Origin: a virus
Taxonomy: Duplodnaviria; Caudoviricetes
Length of the DNA stretch: 57,610 bases
Strand: one strand, 5' to 3'
IMG/VR virus record: IMGVR_UViG_3300034103_001617
Location: 1-57,610 of that record
Part shown: positions 1 through 9,666 of the stretch, piece after piece
Numbering within the stretch: the first letter of the stretch is position 1
How the letters are laid out: every line of letters begins with the position of its first letter
The notes under the pieces: model-generated
What the model was told of the DNA's origin: nothing
Databases searched by the model: none
What the model saw: only the letters and a program-made list of their open reading frames with translations
Position numbers and translations under genes: made by a program

Positions 1-5
1 ATCAA

Positions 6-773
6 ATGTTACGTGAAGGACGTTGGCCCAGAGAAAGTACGCAGTTTTGGCAAGAGTTAGATCTCATAGCTGATCAAATACGTTATCTTGAGTTCACCGG
101 TGGCGAACCTTTTATGATTGCAGAACACTTTGATTTTTTGCAAACTCTTGTGGATAGAGGGTTAGCTGCAAATATTGAAATACACTACAATACCAATGGT
201 ACACATTATCCTGAACGTGGTATTGAACTTTGGCCACATTTCAAATTAGTTGAAATAGCATTTAGTATTGATGATCTTGGCAAACGATTTGAATATCAGC
301 GCACAGGGGCAAAATGGTTAGAAGTGCATGATAACCTATATAAGTTTAGACATCTACGCCAGCAAAGTAAAAATATTCAAATACAGTTGTGCTGTACAAT
401 CAGTGTTTGGAATGTGATTTACTTTCCTGAGATAGCTGCATGGGCAACATTGTTTCCATGGGATTTTGTTTACTGGAACTACTTACATGACAGTCCGGTA
501 TGGTGCATTGCCAATATCGCTAAATCCACCAAAGAAAACATTGCAAACTATTTGCGTGGTAAAATGATAGTGGATCAACACGCCGAAGATTTAGAAAAAA
601 TTATAGCATTTATGTTTAGTAAACAGGGTTGGATTGGCACAGGCGGTGGCGGCACACTGACTTATGAAATCAGCAAATTAGATAAACTTAGGCAACAGAG
701 ATTACAGGACGTTGCCCCAGAGCTGGCTGAAATAATAGGTTACCAAGGTCCTTATGAATATGCAGAAACCTGA
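6..773 (+). CDS. Radical SAM protein, C-terminal part (5'-truncated by window edge)
   Basis: FTGGEPF, YNTNGT and SIDD motifs of the radical SAM barrel; CxxxCxxC presumably upstream of the window. Confidence 0.8.
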   Translation: MLREGRWPRESTQFWQELDLIADQIRYLEFTGGEPFMIAEHFDFLQTLVDRGLAANIEIHYNTNGTHYPERGIELWPHFKLVEIAFSIDDLGKRFEYQRTGAKWLEVHDNLYKFRHLRQQSKNIQIQLCCTISVWNVIYFPEIAAWATLFPWDFVYWNYLHDSPVWCIANIAKSTKENIANYLRGKMIVDQHAEDLEKIIAFMFSKQGWIGTGGGGTLTYEISKLDKLRQQRLQDVAPELAEIIGYQGPYEYAET

Positions 774-2052
774 TACACTGTGTCTTGCTCCTTGGGTACA
801 CACGTACCTGAGTCCTCAGACTGAGCGCAGAATGTGCTGTGCCAGTCGCGAACCAGCACAAAACTTCAAACAATACATAGACACAGATTCAGGCACAGGA
901 AAGTATATTCCAATCACACTTGAACAACATTGGAACAGCGATCATATGCGAGGTGTAAGGCGTCGTATGTTGGCCGGGGAAACCTTACCAGAGTGCGAAG
1001 TATGTAATGATAAACTGCTGAATACCAGTGTGTATAGAGATTATTTTACACATTTGTTTGGACATAAAATCAATGAAATTTATGCTACCACTGACCACAG
1101 TGGTAGAACTACCATGGTTCCTGTGTCGTGGGACTATCGTTTCTCCAACCTGTGCAACTTTAAATGCAGAACTTGTGGGGATATGCTGAGTTCGTCATGG
1201 GAAGCTGAACAAAAAGCACAGGGGATGATTGACTGGACAAATCCAAAAAATAATTGGATGCGGAAGGACATACGTGAACACATCACTCAGTTTCAAGATA
1301 CACAAATTGAAGCTGAGTTTGCTGCCGCTGTTGAGCAACATCGTGTTGAAGAGGTTTATTGGGTAGGCGGTGAGCCATTGATGTACGAACAACACTGGCA
1401 CTACATGCCGCGTATTATTGAATTAGGTGATGGAGACAAAATTTATGTCAGGTATAATACTAATCTTAGTAGGGTTGATCATCGTGGAATCAATCTTTTC
1501 CGCGATATACTTGCGAAATGCCGTGATTGGCAAATCTGTGCCAGTCTCGATGGAGTTGGTGAAATCGGTGAATACATCCGTACAGGTCTTGATTACTCAA
1601 GATGGTTACAAAATTTTAGGCAAGGAATAGAGCACAGGACTCATGCAAGACAAATGCGTATTGATTTTACCTTGACGCTACCGGGCATGGATCAAATATT
1701 GCTGGTGGAAAATCTTGCAGAAGAACTAGGGGTAGAAATTTTAACCAAAGTGGTGTTTAGTTTTAGCCCCGAAATAGTCATGAGCCCGCTGTGTTTACCA
1801 AGAAAAATTTTAACCAATTGGGTGCAAGACATTTTATCCAAAGCCAAAACTCGCACAGTCAAAGACATGTTGACGCAGTTGTTGACTAGACCCACATTTG
1901 AAGAACAATGGCCAGAATCTTACCAACAAGGTCTACAGCAAGGTAAACAACGAATTCTTAAACTGGAACAAATTAGATCGCATTCAACGTCAATGGATAG
2001 TATACTGTCAACAAGAAGTGATGTTTACCAATGGTGGAATCAAATTGCTTGA
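754..2052 (+). CDS. Radical SAM protein with N-terminal twitch/SPASM-like Cys cluster
   Basis: CNFKCRTC motif, VGGEPL, YNTNLS, ASLDG; N-terminal CLAPW...CC...CEVC. Confidence 0.85.
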   Translation: MNMQKPDTLCLAPWVHTYLSPQTERRMCCASREPAQNFKQYIDTDSGTGKYIPITLEQHWNSDHMRGVRRRMLAGETLPECEVCNDKLLNTSVYRDYFTHLFGHKINEIYATTDHSGRTTMVPVSWDYRFSNLCNFKCRTCGDMLSSSWEAEQKAQGMIDWTNPKNNWMRKDIREHITQFQDTQIEAEFAAAVEQHRVEEVYWVGGEPLMYEQHWHYMPRIIELGDGDKIYVRYNTNLSRVDHRGINLFRDILAKCRDWQICASLDGVGEIGEYIRTGLDYSRWLQNFRQGIEHRTHARQMRIDFTLTLPGMDQILLVENLAEELGVEILTKVVFSFSPEIVMSPLCLPRKILTNWVQDILSKAKTRTVKDMLTQLLTRPTFEEQWPESYQQGLQQGKQRILKLEQIRSHSTSMDSILSTRSDVYQWWNQIA

Positions 2053-3082
2053 TAGAATTGAAATCTCGTTACGCAGCAAAGATCGCAATGTTCATCAAAT
2101 CTATGTTGATGTGCATGATAATTCTTTGAGCAAAAAATGGTTGCAGGCACTCAACAGTGCGCTGAATTCAAACTGTCATTTAGAAAAAAATTATTGTTGG
2201 CTTGGTTTTGTAGAAGGAGAGAGAAATCTAGAGTTCTTATGCAAACAAGTCAATGCTAGTATAGATGCTATCAACGCAGGATCTATTGGTTACAAAATCA
2301 ACGATGAGTTCAATGTTGGCAACGTTTTACATACTAACTTAGAATTAAATCATAATCACTTAAATCACTTACATAGATATTTTGAAGATTTGCAAGGGTC
2401 AAGTCATAACTTGAGCATTTATTACAAAAACGCAGATCCAACTACACGTTGGCATATTAGACAGTTGAATCTCTTGTGCCATGAAATTGAAAGCATGGCT
2501 TTGAGTGTAAAACAGTCTGTGAATGCGCCAGAATGGCGTAGACCAAGTCAACTCATGTGCTGGTTAAAGTCACAAAGATTTACGTTAGATGAAAGCGATT
2601 ACGAATTTTTTGGAATAGAAACCATAGCACGTGATCTTGGCGGTGTTTATCTTGGGGTAAACAAAGCAGTGGGCAAACATCATTGGGAGGTATTTTTGGA
2701 TGAAGGCCGTGACAGCAGAGTTGAGGAATTGGTCACGCAGGCTCTTAGTTCGCAGACTGAAGCAGCTGGCGATTTTGACATTGAATGGGCAAACAATCCT
2801 GGTGCCTACAGTTTTATGCAGAAACGACTTGCAGAATTCCGGCAATGGTTACAACAAAACAATTTTGACCCGGAAGATAAAAGTCTTACTATTGGGCATC
2901 CAAAAGTGGCACAGGTTGATCTACATGCTAGTTTTGGAACAACGGATTATCTTAAGATATGGCAAACTCTCGCAAGGCACATGGATGTATATTGTATAAA
3001 AACCAGTGAAGCCAAAGCCATATACGAATATCGCTGGGATGACCCAGATTACATAGATTTACAGATCAAGGAACTGATATGA
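2021..3082 (+). CDS. Hypothetical protein of the radical SAM/carbamoyltransferase operon
   Basis: Long ORF in operon; LNHLHRYFE and LNLLCHEIE His-containing motifs; start uncertain (track gives 1898). Confidence 0.6.
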   Translation: MFTNGGIKLLDRIEISLRSKDRNVHQIYVDVHDNSLSKKWLQALNSALNSNCHLEKNYCWLGFVEGERNLEFLCKQVNASIDAINAGSIGYKINDEFNVGNVLHTNLELNHNHLNHLHRYFEDLQGSSHNLSIYYKNADPTTRWHIRQLNLLCHEIESMALSVKQSVNAPEWRRPSQLMCWLKSQRFTLDESDYEFFGIETIARDLGGVYLGVNKAVGKHHWEVFLDEGRDSRVEELVTQALSSQTEAAGDFDIEWANNPGAYSFMQKRLAEFRQWLQQNNFDPEDKSLTIGHPKVAQVDLHASFGTTDYLKIWQTLARHMDVYCIKTSEAKAIYEYRWDDPDYIDLQIKELI

Positions 3083-3180
3083 AATGGATAAAAAATATTT
3101 GGTCAAGAATACGTTTAGAAATTCGGTATAGAAAAAAGCTTAGAGAACTTCGTAAACGAGATCCCTTTATTTACAAATGA
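3079..3180 (+). CDS. 33-aa basic peptide MKWIKNIWSRIRLEIRYRKKLRELRKRDPFIYK, coupled to carbamoyltransferase
   Basis: Translated by hand; ATGA overlaps with both neighbours; PFIY C-terminus. Confidence 0.7.
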   Translation: MKWIKNIWSRIRLEIRYRKKLRELRKRDPFIYK

Positions 3181-4658
3181 ACATACTAGGTATCAGTGCT
3201 GGATTTCACGATGCCGCTGCCGCGGTAATTGATCCTCATGGTGAAATTTTATTTGCAGCTCACAGCGAAAGATACAGCAAGATCAAAAATGATCAAACAT
3301 TGCACACAGAGCTATTGAATGCTGTAAATGAGTTTGCACCTATATCACATGTTGCTTACTATGAAAAACCCTGGAAGAAGCAGCTACGCAGATGGTTCAG
3401 CGGCGAAGGCTTTGATTGGAACCAAACTTTAACAGCAAAAGTCGTAACGCAACATCTCGGAAACTTGCCGCTTTTCACGGATGTCAGCAGTTATGATCAT
3501 CATCTAAGTCATGCCGCAGCAGGTTTTCAAACCAGTCCTTTCACAGACGCCACAGTGGTAGTTATAGATGCAATAGGCGAACTTGAAACTATTTCAATTT
3601 ATTCTGCAGAGTATGATAAGCAAGGCAATGCCAAGTATCGCAAACTATGGCAACAACAGTACCCACACAGCATTGGTCTTTTTTATTCCGCAATGACTCA
3701 ACGTGTGGGTTTGAAACCCATGGATGAAGAATACATTCTAATGGGCATGAGTGCCTACGGCAAGAAAAATCATTCAGAGTTTTTAAAAAGTTTGTTAATA
3801 CAAGATCTAAATGCTTGTACGTTCAAGCAAAATTTACACACAGGTGTTGATGAAGATTTGTTGCAGGGTGTAAACAAAAATGACATTGCACTGTCGTCGC
3901 AAAAGCTGTGTGAAGAACTAGTTTATAGCGTAATGCATCGTGCAAGAAAATTCCGTTGGAGTAATAATCTAGTGTACATGGGCGGAGTTGCCTTGAACTG
4001 TCTTGCAAATAGAAATCTTGGAAAAATCTTTGATAATATCTGGATCATGCCTAATCCAGGCGACGCAGGCAGCAGCCTAGGTGCTGCGGCACTGGCTTAT
4101 GGTAAACGTCTTAATTGGCAGCATCCATTTCTTGGGCATAACATAGAAGGCAGTTATCCTATTGGTGCAATTGTCAACGGTTTGTTGCGGGATCGCATAG
4201 TGGGAGTTGCAAGTGGCCGTGCAGAGTTTGGACCTAGGGCACTGGGCAATCGAAGTTTACTGGCAGATCCGCGAGGAGCAGATATCAAAGACAAAGTCAA
4301 CGTAATTAAAAAACGACAAAAGTTTAGACCTTTTGCACCAGTAATTCTAGAAGAAGTCGCCAATCAGTATTTTGACTTTCCAGTGGGATGGACTCAAAGT
4401 CCGTATATGCAAACTGTGGCAAGATGTAAACGCCCTGACTTGTTTCCTGCTATTTGTCACGTTGATGGTACCAGTAGAGTACAAACTGTGCCCGCTGATA
4501 GATCAGGGATTAGAAAACTGCTTGAAACTTGGTATCAAATCACAGAATGTCCAATGTTGTTAAACACCAGTTTAAACATCAGAGGTGAACCAATGGTCAA
4601 TGATAGACAAGATGCAAATAGATTTGAAAAATTGTACAAGGTAAAAGTATATTCATGA
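3177..4658 (+). CDS. Carbamoyltransferase, NodU/CmcH family
   Basis: ILGISAGFHDAAAA, HHLSHAA, GGVALNC, EFGPRALGNRS, FRPFAP, LLNTSLN motifs. Confidence 0.95.
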   Translation: MNILGISAGFHDAAAAVIDPHGEILFAAHSERYSKIKNDQTLHTELLNAVNEFAPISHVAYYEKPWKKQLRRWFSGEGFDWNQTLTAKVVTQHLGNLPLFTDVSSYDHHLSHAAAGFQTSPFTDATVVVIDAIGELETISIYSAEYDKQGNAKYRKLWQQQYPHSIGLFYSAMTQRVGLKPMDEEYILMGMSAYGKKNHSEFLKSLLIQDLNACTFKQNLHTGVDEDLLQGVNKNDIALSSQKLCEELVYSVMHRARKFRWSNNLVYMGGVALNCLANRNLGKIFDNIWIMPNPGDAGSSLGAAALAYGKRLNWQHPFLGHNIEGSYPIGAIVNGLLRDRIVGVASGRAEFGPRALGNRSLLADPRGADIKDKVNVIKKRQKFRPFAPVILEEVANQYFDFPVGWTQSPYMQTVARCKRPDLFPAICHVDGTSRVQTVPADRSGIRKLLETWYQITECPMLLNTSLNIRGEPMVNDRQDANRFEKLYKVKVYS

Positions 4659-5038
4659 AATCCAAAAAGAATCCTTGGAAAAAAATCTTGGCAAACGCAC
4701 AGGGTGCTCAAAACGGGTGGAACAAAAAACATCAACGGTTAGGAGTCAATCGTCCTGTTAAAACGTTTTCTTGTACTCCAGAAGACATTGAACGTATATA
4801 TAATGAGCAGGGCGGAGTCAGCCGCTGGTTAAAAATTCCTATTGACCCAATGGATGTTTTTAGAAAACATTATCCGTTGGCACCAAGCCTGGATAGACTA
4901 GATAACAACAAAGATTATACGCCAGATAATATCTGTGTCAGTACAAGATTTGAAAACTATGGATTTAACAAAGCCACAGATGAAATCAAAACAGAATGTA
5001 TTACAAAGCTAGTAGGATATATGTCTAATGGAAATTAA
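4655..5038 (+). CDS. HNH-like endonuclease-fold protein
   Basis: SLDRLDNNKDYTPDN...N pattern resembles the DRID-x-KGY-x-N motif of phage HNH nucleases. Confidence 0.5.
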   Translation: MKSKKNPWKKILANAQGAQNGWNKKHQRLGVNRPVKTFSCTPEDIERIYNEQGGVSRWLKIPIDPMDVFRKHYPLAPSLDRLDNNKDYTPDNICVSTRFENYGFNKATDEIKTECITKLVGYMSNGN

Positions 5039-5594
5039 AGCAATTGATGACACCAACACACTGTTTTCATTACATAATCTAGTAGATCAAGATTTAGTTG
5101 ACCAACTGCAAGACATAGATTGGGCCAGTGTGCCTACGTTGCCTTTTATGTCAGCTCAGCATAGAAAAGTTGTTGTACTTGAAGCTGTGCCCTTGTTGCA
5201 AAAAGTTGATACTCAAATGAGGCAAAAAAGCAAGGTAATTGCACACAAGCTAGGTTTGGAATTTGATTTTTATTACAACGATTTTTGGATTGACTTTCCT
5301 GGATGGTCAGTGCCCTTGCATGTTGACAGTCAAGTTTTTTGTTCATGGCAATCATACTGGTTTGGCCCTGAAAACACAGGCACCACATTTTATACTGATC
5401 GTCTTGGTACTGAAGTCAAGTACCAAGCAAGTTTTTCTCCAAACACCGGATACTTTATGTTAAACATGCCAGTTGACGGTGCACAACCGTTGAATTGGCA
5501 TGATATGAAACATACCATCCCAGAAGGACAACTAAGATTAACAAGTTACACTCGACTAGGCCCTTATCATGCAAGAACATATAACCACCACTGA
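5028..5594 (+). CDS. Putative 2OG-Fe(II) oxygenase-fold protein
   Basis: HxD (LHVD), GTTFY, distal WH and R (RLTSY). Confidence 0.6.
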   Translation: MEIKAIDDTNTLFSLHNLVDQDLVDQLQDIDWASVPTLPFMSAQHRKVVVLEAVPLLQKVDTQMRQKSKVIAHKLGLEFDFYYNDFWIDFPGWSVPLHVDSQVFCSWQSYWFGPENTGTTFYTDRLGTEVKYQASFSPNTGYFMLNMPVDGAQPLNWHDMKHTIPEGQLRLTSYTRLGPYHARTYNHH

Positions 5595-6372
5595 AACTAG
5601 ATATCATAAAGATTTTGCGTATTACGTAAACGACAGTATAATAGGACGTAGTCTAGAACTGTATGGCGAGTACGGCCAAAGCGAACTAGACTTTTTTCTA
5701 TGGCTTGCCAATCCTGAACATGTCATTTATGATATTGGAGCAAACATAGGCACATACACTGTGGCTTTTGCCAGCAGTGGCGCACAGGTGTTTGCATTTG
5801 AACCAAATCCTAAAAACTATGCACTGCTTGATACAAACACCAAAGATTTAAACAACGTAAAAGTCTATCATGTTGCTGTGGGTAGCAAAACACAAAAAGT
5901 TTTTTGCAATGATTTTGATTTAGATGTTCGCAGTAATTACGGAGCTATGAATATCAATGAATCAAGCGGCACAGCAGTTGATATGATAAGTTTAGATAAT
6001 CTAGCCATTCCTGCTCCTACAATGATAAAAATTGATGTAGAAGGCAGCGAACTTGATGTTTTGTTAGGTATGCAAAACAAGATAAAAGAAAACATGCCAG
6101 TGATTGTATATGAAGCACATGAAACCAAACAATTTGCAGAAATATTTAATCTTTTAAAAAGTCTAGACTATAGATTGGTTTGGCTTCAGTGTATGAATTA
6201 CAATCAAAAAAATTTCAAACAAAACACCAACAATGTCTTTGAAAACACAGCTTTGTTTAGCGTAGTGGCATGGCCTCCGCAAGCACCACAGGACATACTA
6301 ACTGGTCATGAAGTTACAGGACCAGATGATACTTGGCAAAAGTTTTGCAAACCAGTTGATAATCACAAGTAA
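5569..6372 (+). CDS. FkbM family SAM-dependent methyltransferase
   Basis: YDIGANIG, AFEPNP, IKIDVEGSE motifs. Confidence 0.9.
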   Translation: MQEHITTTETRYHKDFAYYVNDSIIGRSLELYGEYGQSELDFFLWLANPEHVIYDIGANIGTYTVAFASSGAQVFAFEPNPKNYALLDTNTKDLNNVKVYHVAVGSKTQKVFCNDFDLDVRSNYGAMNINESSGTAVDMISLDNLAIPAPTMIKIDVEGSELDVLLGMQNKIKENMPVIVYEAHETKQFAEIFNLLKSLDYRLVWLQCMNYNQKNFKQNTNNVFENTALFSVVAWPPQAPQDILTGHEVTGPDDTWQKFCKPVDNHK

Positions 6373-7400
6373 GTTTCTAATCCGCCACGCCGTCTGATAT
6401 CCTGGGTGCAGCAGCTGATGCCACCATCCCAGAAGTAGCTGTGTCTAAGTTCACACACTATAGGATTAATCTTATGTTGTTCACAAAAATCAAACACAGT
6501 CTTGTTGTATGCTGAAAAAATCACATTCTGTTCATCCAGCACAAGGCAATTCACATCAAACACAGTTTCTGCAACATATCCTGTCCAGTGATTTAGATAA
6601 GTGTTGACGTATTCTGTGAATTCAGGTGTGGGTGTTTGTCCCTGTACATACCACGCTCCAGGCGATTCTTCGTATCTAAACTTGCCGACTTCCATTGCTG
6701 CCCAGATACTGCTATCCCAAATTTTGCAAACTTCCCATCCAGGAAAATCTTGATCAAAGTTTAAATTTACATCGTGTTTTGAGCTTAGAATCACTCCAGG
6801 TTTTAGTATAGCAAACACAGCATCACCGTGACCATCTGTCACAGCTTCGTGTATTCTATAATTGCTGTCAAGAAGATTATCAACAATCCAAGCCGTTTGT
6901 TCTGGTTTTAAAAAATCACTGTTGTCAAAAAATATATCTCTACCAACACGTACGATGCAACTAGCACTGGCTCCGTTTAGAACGCAGTTAGGGTCAAAGA
7001 ATTTTCCATGCGGATTTACCACCGCGCCTGGTTGTTGCTTTTCATAGTTATTGGATATATCGTCTAGTTCTTGCATAGGCAATATTCTCAATAGCTTGTT
7101 GCCTAAAGTTATTTGCCAATCTCGTGGTGTTAACGGAGGTAACGGTACACCTTGATTAGACAACTGCATGTTCTCAAAAGATTTTTTATCTATTAGATTT
7201 GGTCTAACCACTGTGGCGCCATAGTCTTTGATTGTATTGGTAAGATTTTGTAAATCTTCTTCAGTTTCATGTAGTATTTGAGAAAGTTGATTGCGTACCT
7301 GTGCGTTGTCAATAAAATCAAAATAATCTGGTGGATAGGCTCTACCCACAATCACTTCTTCTAATGGTTGCCAACTGGTAAAACTGTTTATAACATTCAT
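6363..7400 (-). CDS. Amidinotransferase (glycine/inosamine-phosphate amidinotransferase family)
   Basis: NSFTSWQPLEEVIVG N-terminus, PRD, GHGD, DVNCL, WDGGISCCTQDIRR catalytic Cys region. Confidence 0.88.
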   Translation of the reverse strand: MNVINSFTSWQPLEEVIVGRAYPPDYFDFIDNAQVRNQLSQILHETEEDLQNLTNTIKDYGATVVRPNLIDKKSFENMQLSNQGVPLPPLTPRDWQITLGNKLLRILPMQELDDISNNYEKQQPGAVVNPHGKFFDPNCVLNGASASCIVRVGRDIFFDNSDFLKPEQTAWIVDNLLDSNYRIHEAVTDGHGDAVFAILKPGVILSSKHDVNLNFDQDFPGWEVCKIWDSSIWAAMEVGKFRYEESPGAWYVQGQTPTPEFTEYVNTYLNHWTGYVAETVFDVNCLVLDEQNVIFSAYNKTVFDFCEQHKINPIVCELRHSYFWDGGISCCTQDIRRRGGLETYL

Positions 7401-8566
7401 GACTGTAAACTCTTATAAAGTGCTTTTAATCTTTGAGTACCGCAGCTTGAAAAAACTTTTTGATTATGCTCAATATCTGATCTACACTGATCAAATATTT
7501 TTTGTAAGTTTTGGTTTTTAAGTTGTTTAATCAAGTCGTAAACTGCTGCCCATCTCAATGTGTTATTAGTTATACTATCATAACTTGAGTCTATGACATT
7601 TTCAAACGTGCGATATCCCATGTCACGTAACAGTTTTAAACTACCGGCGGGTGCAACAAGCACAAAAGGCTGTCCGTGTTTAATTGGTTTAAATGTTTTC
7701 TCAGTTAAAAATGTTCCTCCACTTTGATCTGCATCAAAGAAAGTTTCAAAAACCAAGTGGACGTAGCTTTGCTCAACATGTTCTCTTACCATAATGCTAT
7801 GATTGTTATGTTGATTTGATGTAAGATTATCGCAAGTGTATGGTGCATGGTTGACAAAGTCAATTGTTTGCTGTCTAAGATTCAACAAATCAATTTCAAT
7901 TGGATTGTCTTCAAATTTGTCATCACTATCAACATTGCCATAACTCCAAAATGAATTTGATAACAAGTTTGAACTTTGAAGATGAGTCATGGCTGTGGCT
8001 CTCCACCACTTGTGAATTCTATTGAGTGCAGTAAAGTCTTTGTTTCTAGTGCTGTTTAGAGGTTGTGCTGGTTGGTGTCTAAAATTAGCTTTATAATAAA
8101 ACAACTCATGATCAACAAAATGCACAAAGTTGGGTAAATCTTTTATAGCACTGTTTCCTGTTACAAATTTATAATTTTTGGGTATTTGATGAACATGGCA
8201 TTGGCTGTTTAAAGCTTGACATTGTAGATTTGGATTGTCTCCTTCGTGATAGTAAAAAAGTAGTTTTAATTTGTTTTCTCGCACCGCTTGTTTTACGCTG
8301 TCTGGAATCAACGAAATATAGTCAATTGAAAAATCAAACCATGCGAACGCGATAGGATAAAAGCTATCAGCAGGATAGTCATCATTGATATGATAGTCTG
8401 TGTAGGGAAATTTAAAAATACTAAAATAATAGTACAAACGCATAGGCACTGTTCTTGGATAAGAATTCCATAAAGATTCGTAGCCTTTGCTGATGTCTGT
8501 TGCCTGTGCTAGATTTGGGTAAGGCTTTCCATTGATATATTTGTCGTAAACAAAGTTGAATTTCAT
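7397..8566 (-). CDS. Glycosyltransferase-like phage protein (TEKTFKP family)
   Basis: LVFET...FLTEKTFKPI...PF...GYRTF...DSSYD, resembling the GT10 donor-binding motif. Confidence 0.55.
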   Translation of the reverse strand: MKFNFVYDKYINGKPYPNLAQATDISKGYESLWNSYPRTVPMRLYYYFSIFKFPYTDYHINDDYPADSFYPIAFAWFDFSIDYISLIPDSVKQAVRENKLKLLFYYHEGDNPNLQCQALNSQCHVHQIPKNYKFVTGNSAIKDLPNFVHFVDHELFYYKANFRHQPAQPLNSTRNKDFTALNRIHKWWRATAMTHLQSSNLLSNSFWSYGNVDSDDKFEDNPIEIDLLNLRQQTIDFVNHAPYTCDNLTSNQHNNHSIMVREHVEQSYVHLVFETFFDADQSGGTFLTEKTFKPIKHGQPFVLVAPAGSLKLLRDMGYRTFENVIDSSYDSITNNTLRWAAVYDLIKQLKNQNLQKIFDQCRSDIEHNQKVFSSCGTQRLKALYKSLQS

Positions 8567-9666
8567 ATACTTTCTAACATATTGTACAACTCTTGTTTGA
8601 GTACTTTTTCAAATCCACCGTTGTAAAAATGATCACGATTATGTTCTATAACTGGAATCATAGATTCAAACAATGCCTGTTTTTTGCTAGGACTTAACAT
8701 TTCAATGCGCTTTAGTTCTTTGGCAATCATTTCAGTTCTCAAAAACAAATCTGTTTCAAGATCGTAACTTTCGTCTATAAATTTGTCAAAGGTTTGAAAG
8801 CCATAGCTACGGAGATATTTTAGACTGCCAGGTGGAGCTTGCAAAATAAAAGGTAGTCCTAGTGCAATTGGCTTAAAAGTTTTTTCAGTTAGATGTTGAC
8901 GATCATCGAACACCACAGTCTCAGTAACTACATAGATTAAACTTTGATTACATTCTTTAAACAAGTCTAGCTTGTAACTGGTCATAGGGTGTCCGCTTTC
9001 TTGATCAAACTCAAACGGCAATGTTGTTCCAAAAGCCATTACATCAGATATATCAGAATATCTATTCCTGTAGAAATCTGCTAGTTCTTCTGCTGGTTCG
9101 TTATGAAACGGACATCGCGCAGGAAAGCTGATATGATTATGTTGCAATCCTTTTTTTACCAATAGATACATTAATAGTATTCTGTGGCGACGGTCACCAC
9201 CTATTATTCTATTTGGGCAAACAAAAGTTTTAGTTATTTGTCGAAGATGTGTAGGAACTATCAATTGGCTATAATTATAGCCCCGGTACCAATCTAGTGC
9301 AGCCCATCCATGGAAAAAATAGTATCTAGATTCAAAGTTGAATTTTTTACAAACTTCTTCAACTGCTGCGCTTTGATATTCACTTGTGACCAGTATAGGC
9401 AATTTATCATCAGTGGTGTGGCCGCGCTTTTGTAGATCTTGTCTTACGAATTCATTGAAAGTTTGACTTTGTCTTTCCAAATTAATTGGCTCTTGGTCAA
9501 GAAAAAATATATAATTATGTTCACGAGCATATGACAAATCAAAATTTTGCAAACTCTCTAGATCAGTTCTACCAAACGGATAACAATAAAACATTCGTAC
9601 GCCTGGACGGTGATTTTGCAGCCAAGGCCAAAACACGCCTTCGTATATTTCGTCAATTCTAATCAT
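8563..9666 (-). CDS. Glycosyltransferase-like phage protein (TEKTFKP family), paralog of 7397..8566
   Basis: VVTET...LTEKTFKPI...PF...GFQTF...DESYD. Confidence 0.55.
   Translation of the reverse strand: MIRIDEIYEGVFWPWLQNHRPGVRMFYCYPFGRTDLESLQNFDLSYAREHNYIFFLDQEPINLERQSQTFNEFVRQDLQKRGHTTDDKLPILVTSEYQSAAVEEVCKKFNFESRYYFFHGWAALDWYRGYNYSQLIVPTHLRQITKTFVCPNRIIGGDRRHRILLMYLLVKKGLQHNHISFPARCPFHNEPAEELADFYRNRYSDISDVMAFGTTLPFEFDQESGHPMTSYKLDLFKECNQSLIYVVTETVVFDDRQHLTEKTFKPIALGLPFILQAPPGSLKYLRSYGFQTFDKFIDESYDLETDLFLRTEMIAKELKRIEMLSPSKKQALFESMIPVIEHNRDHFYNGGFEKVLKQELYNMLESI

Noticed and set aside
6-7400. Saxitoxin or aminoglycoside biosynthetic cluster
   Set aside because: Only tailoring-enzyme families are shared; no SxtA-like PKS/aminotransferase or cyclitol synthase is visible.
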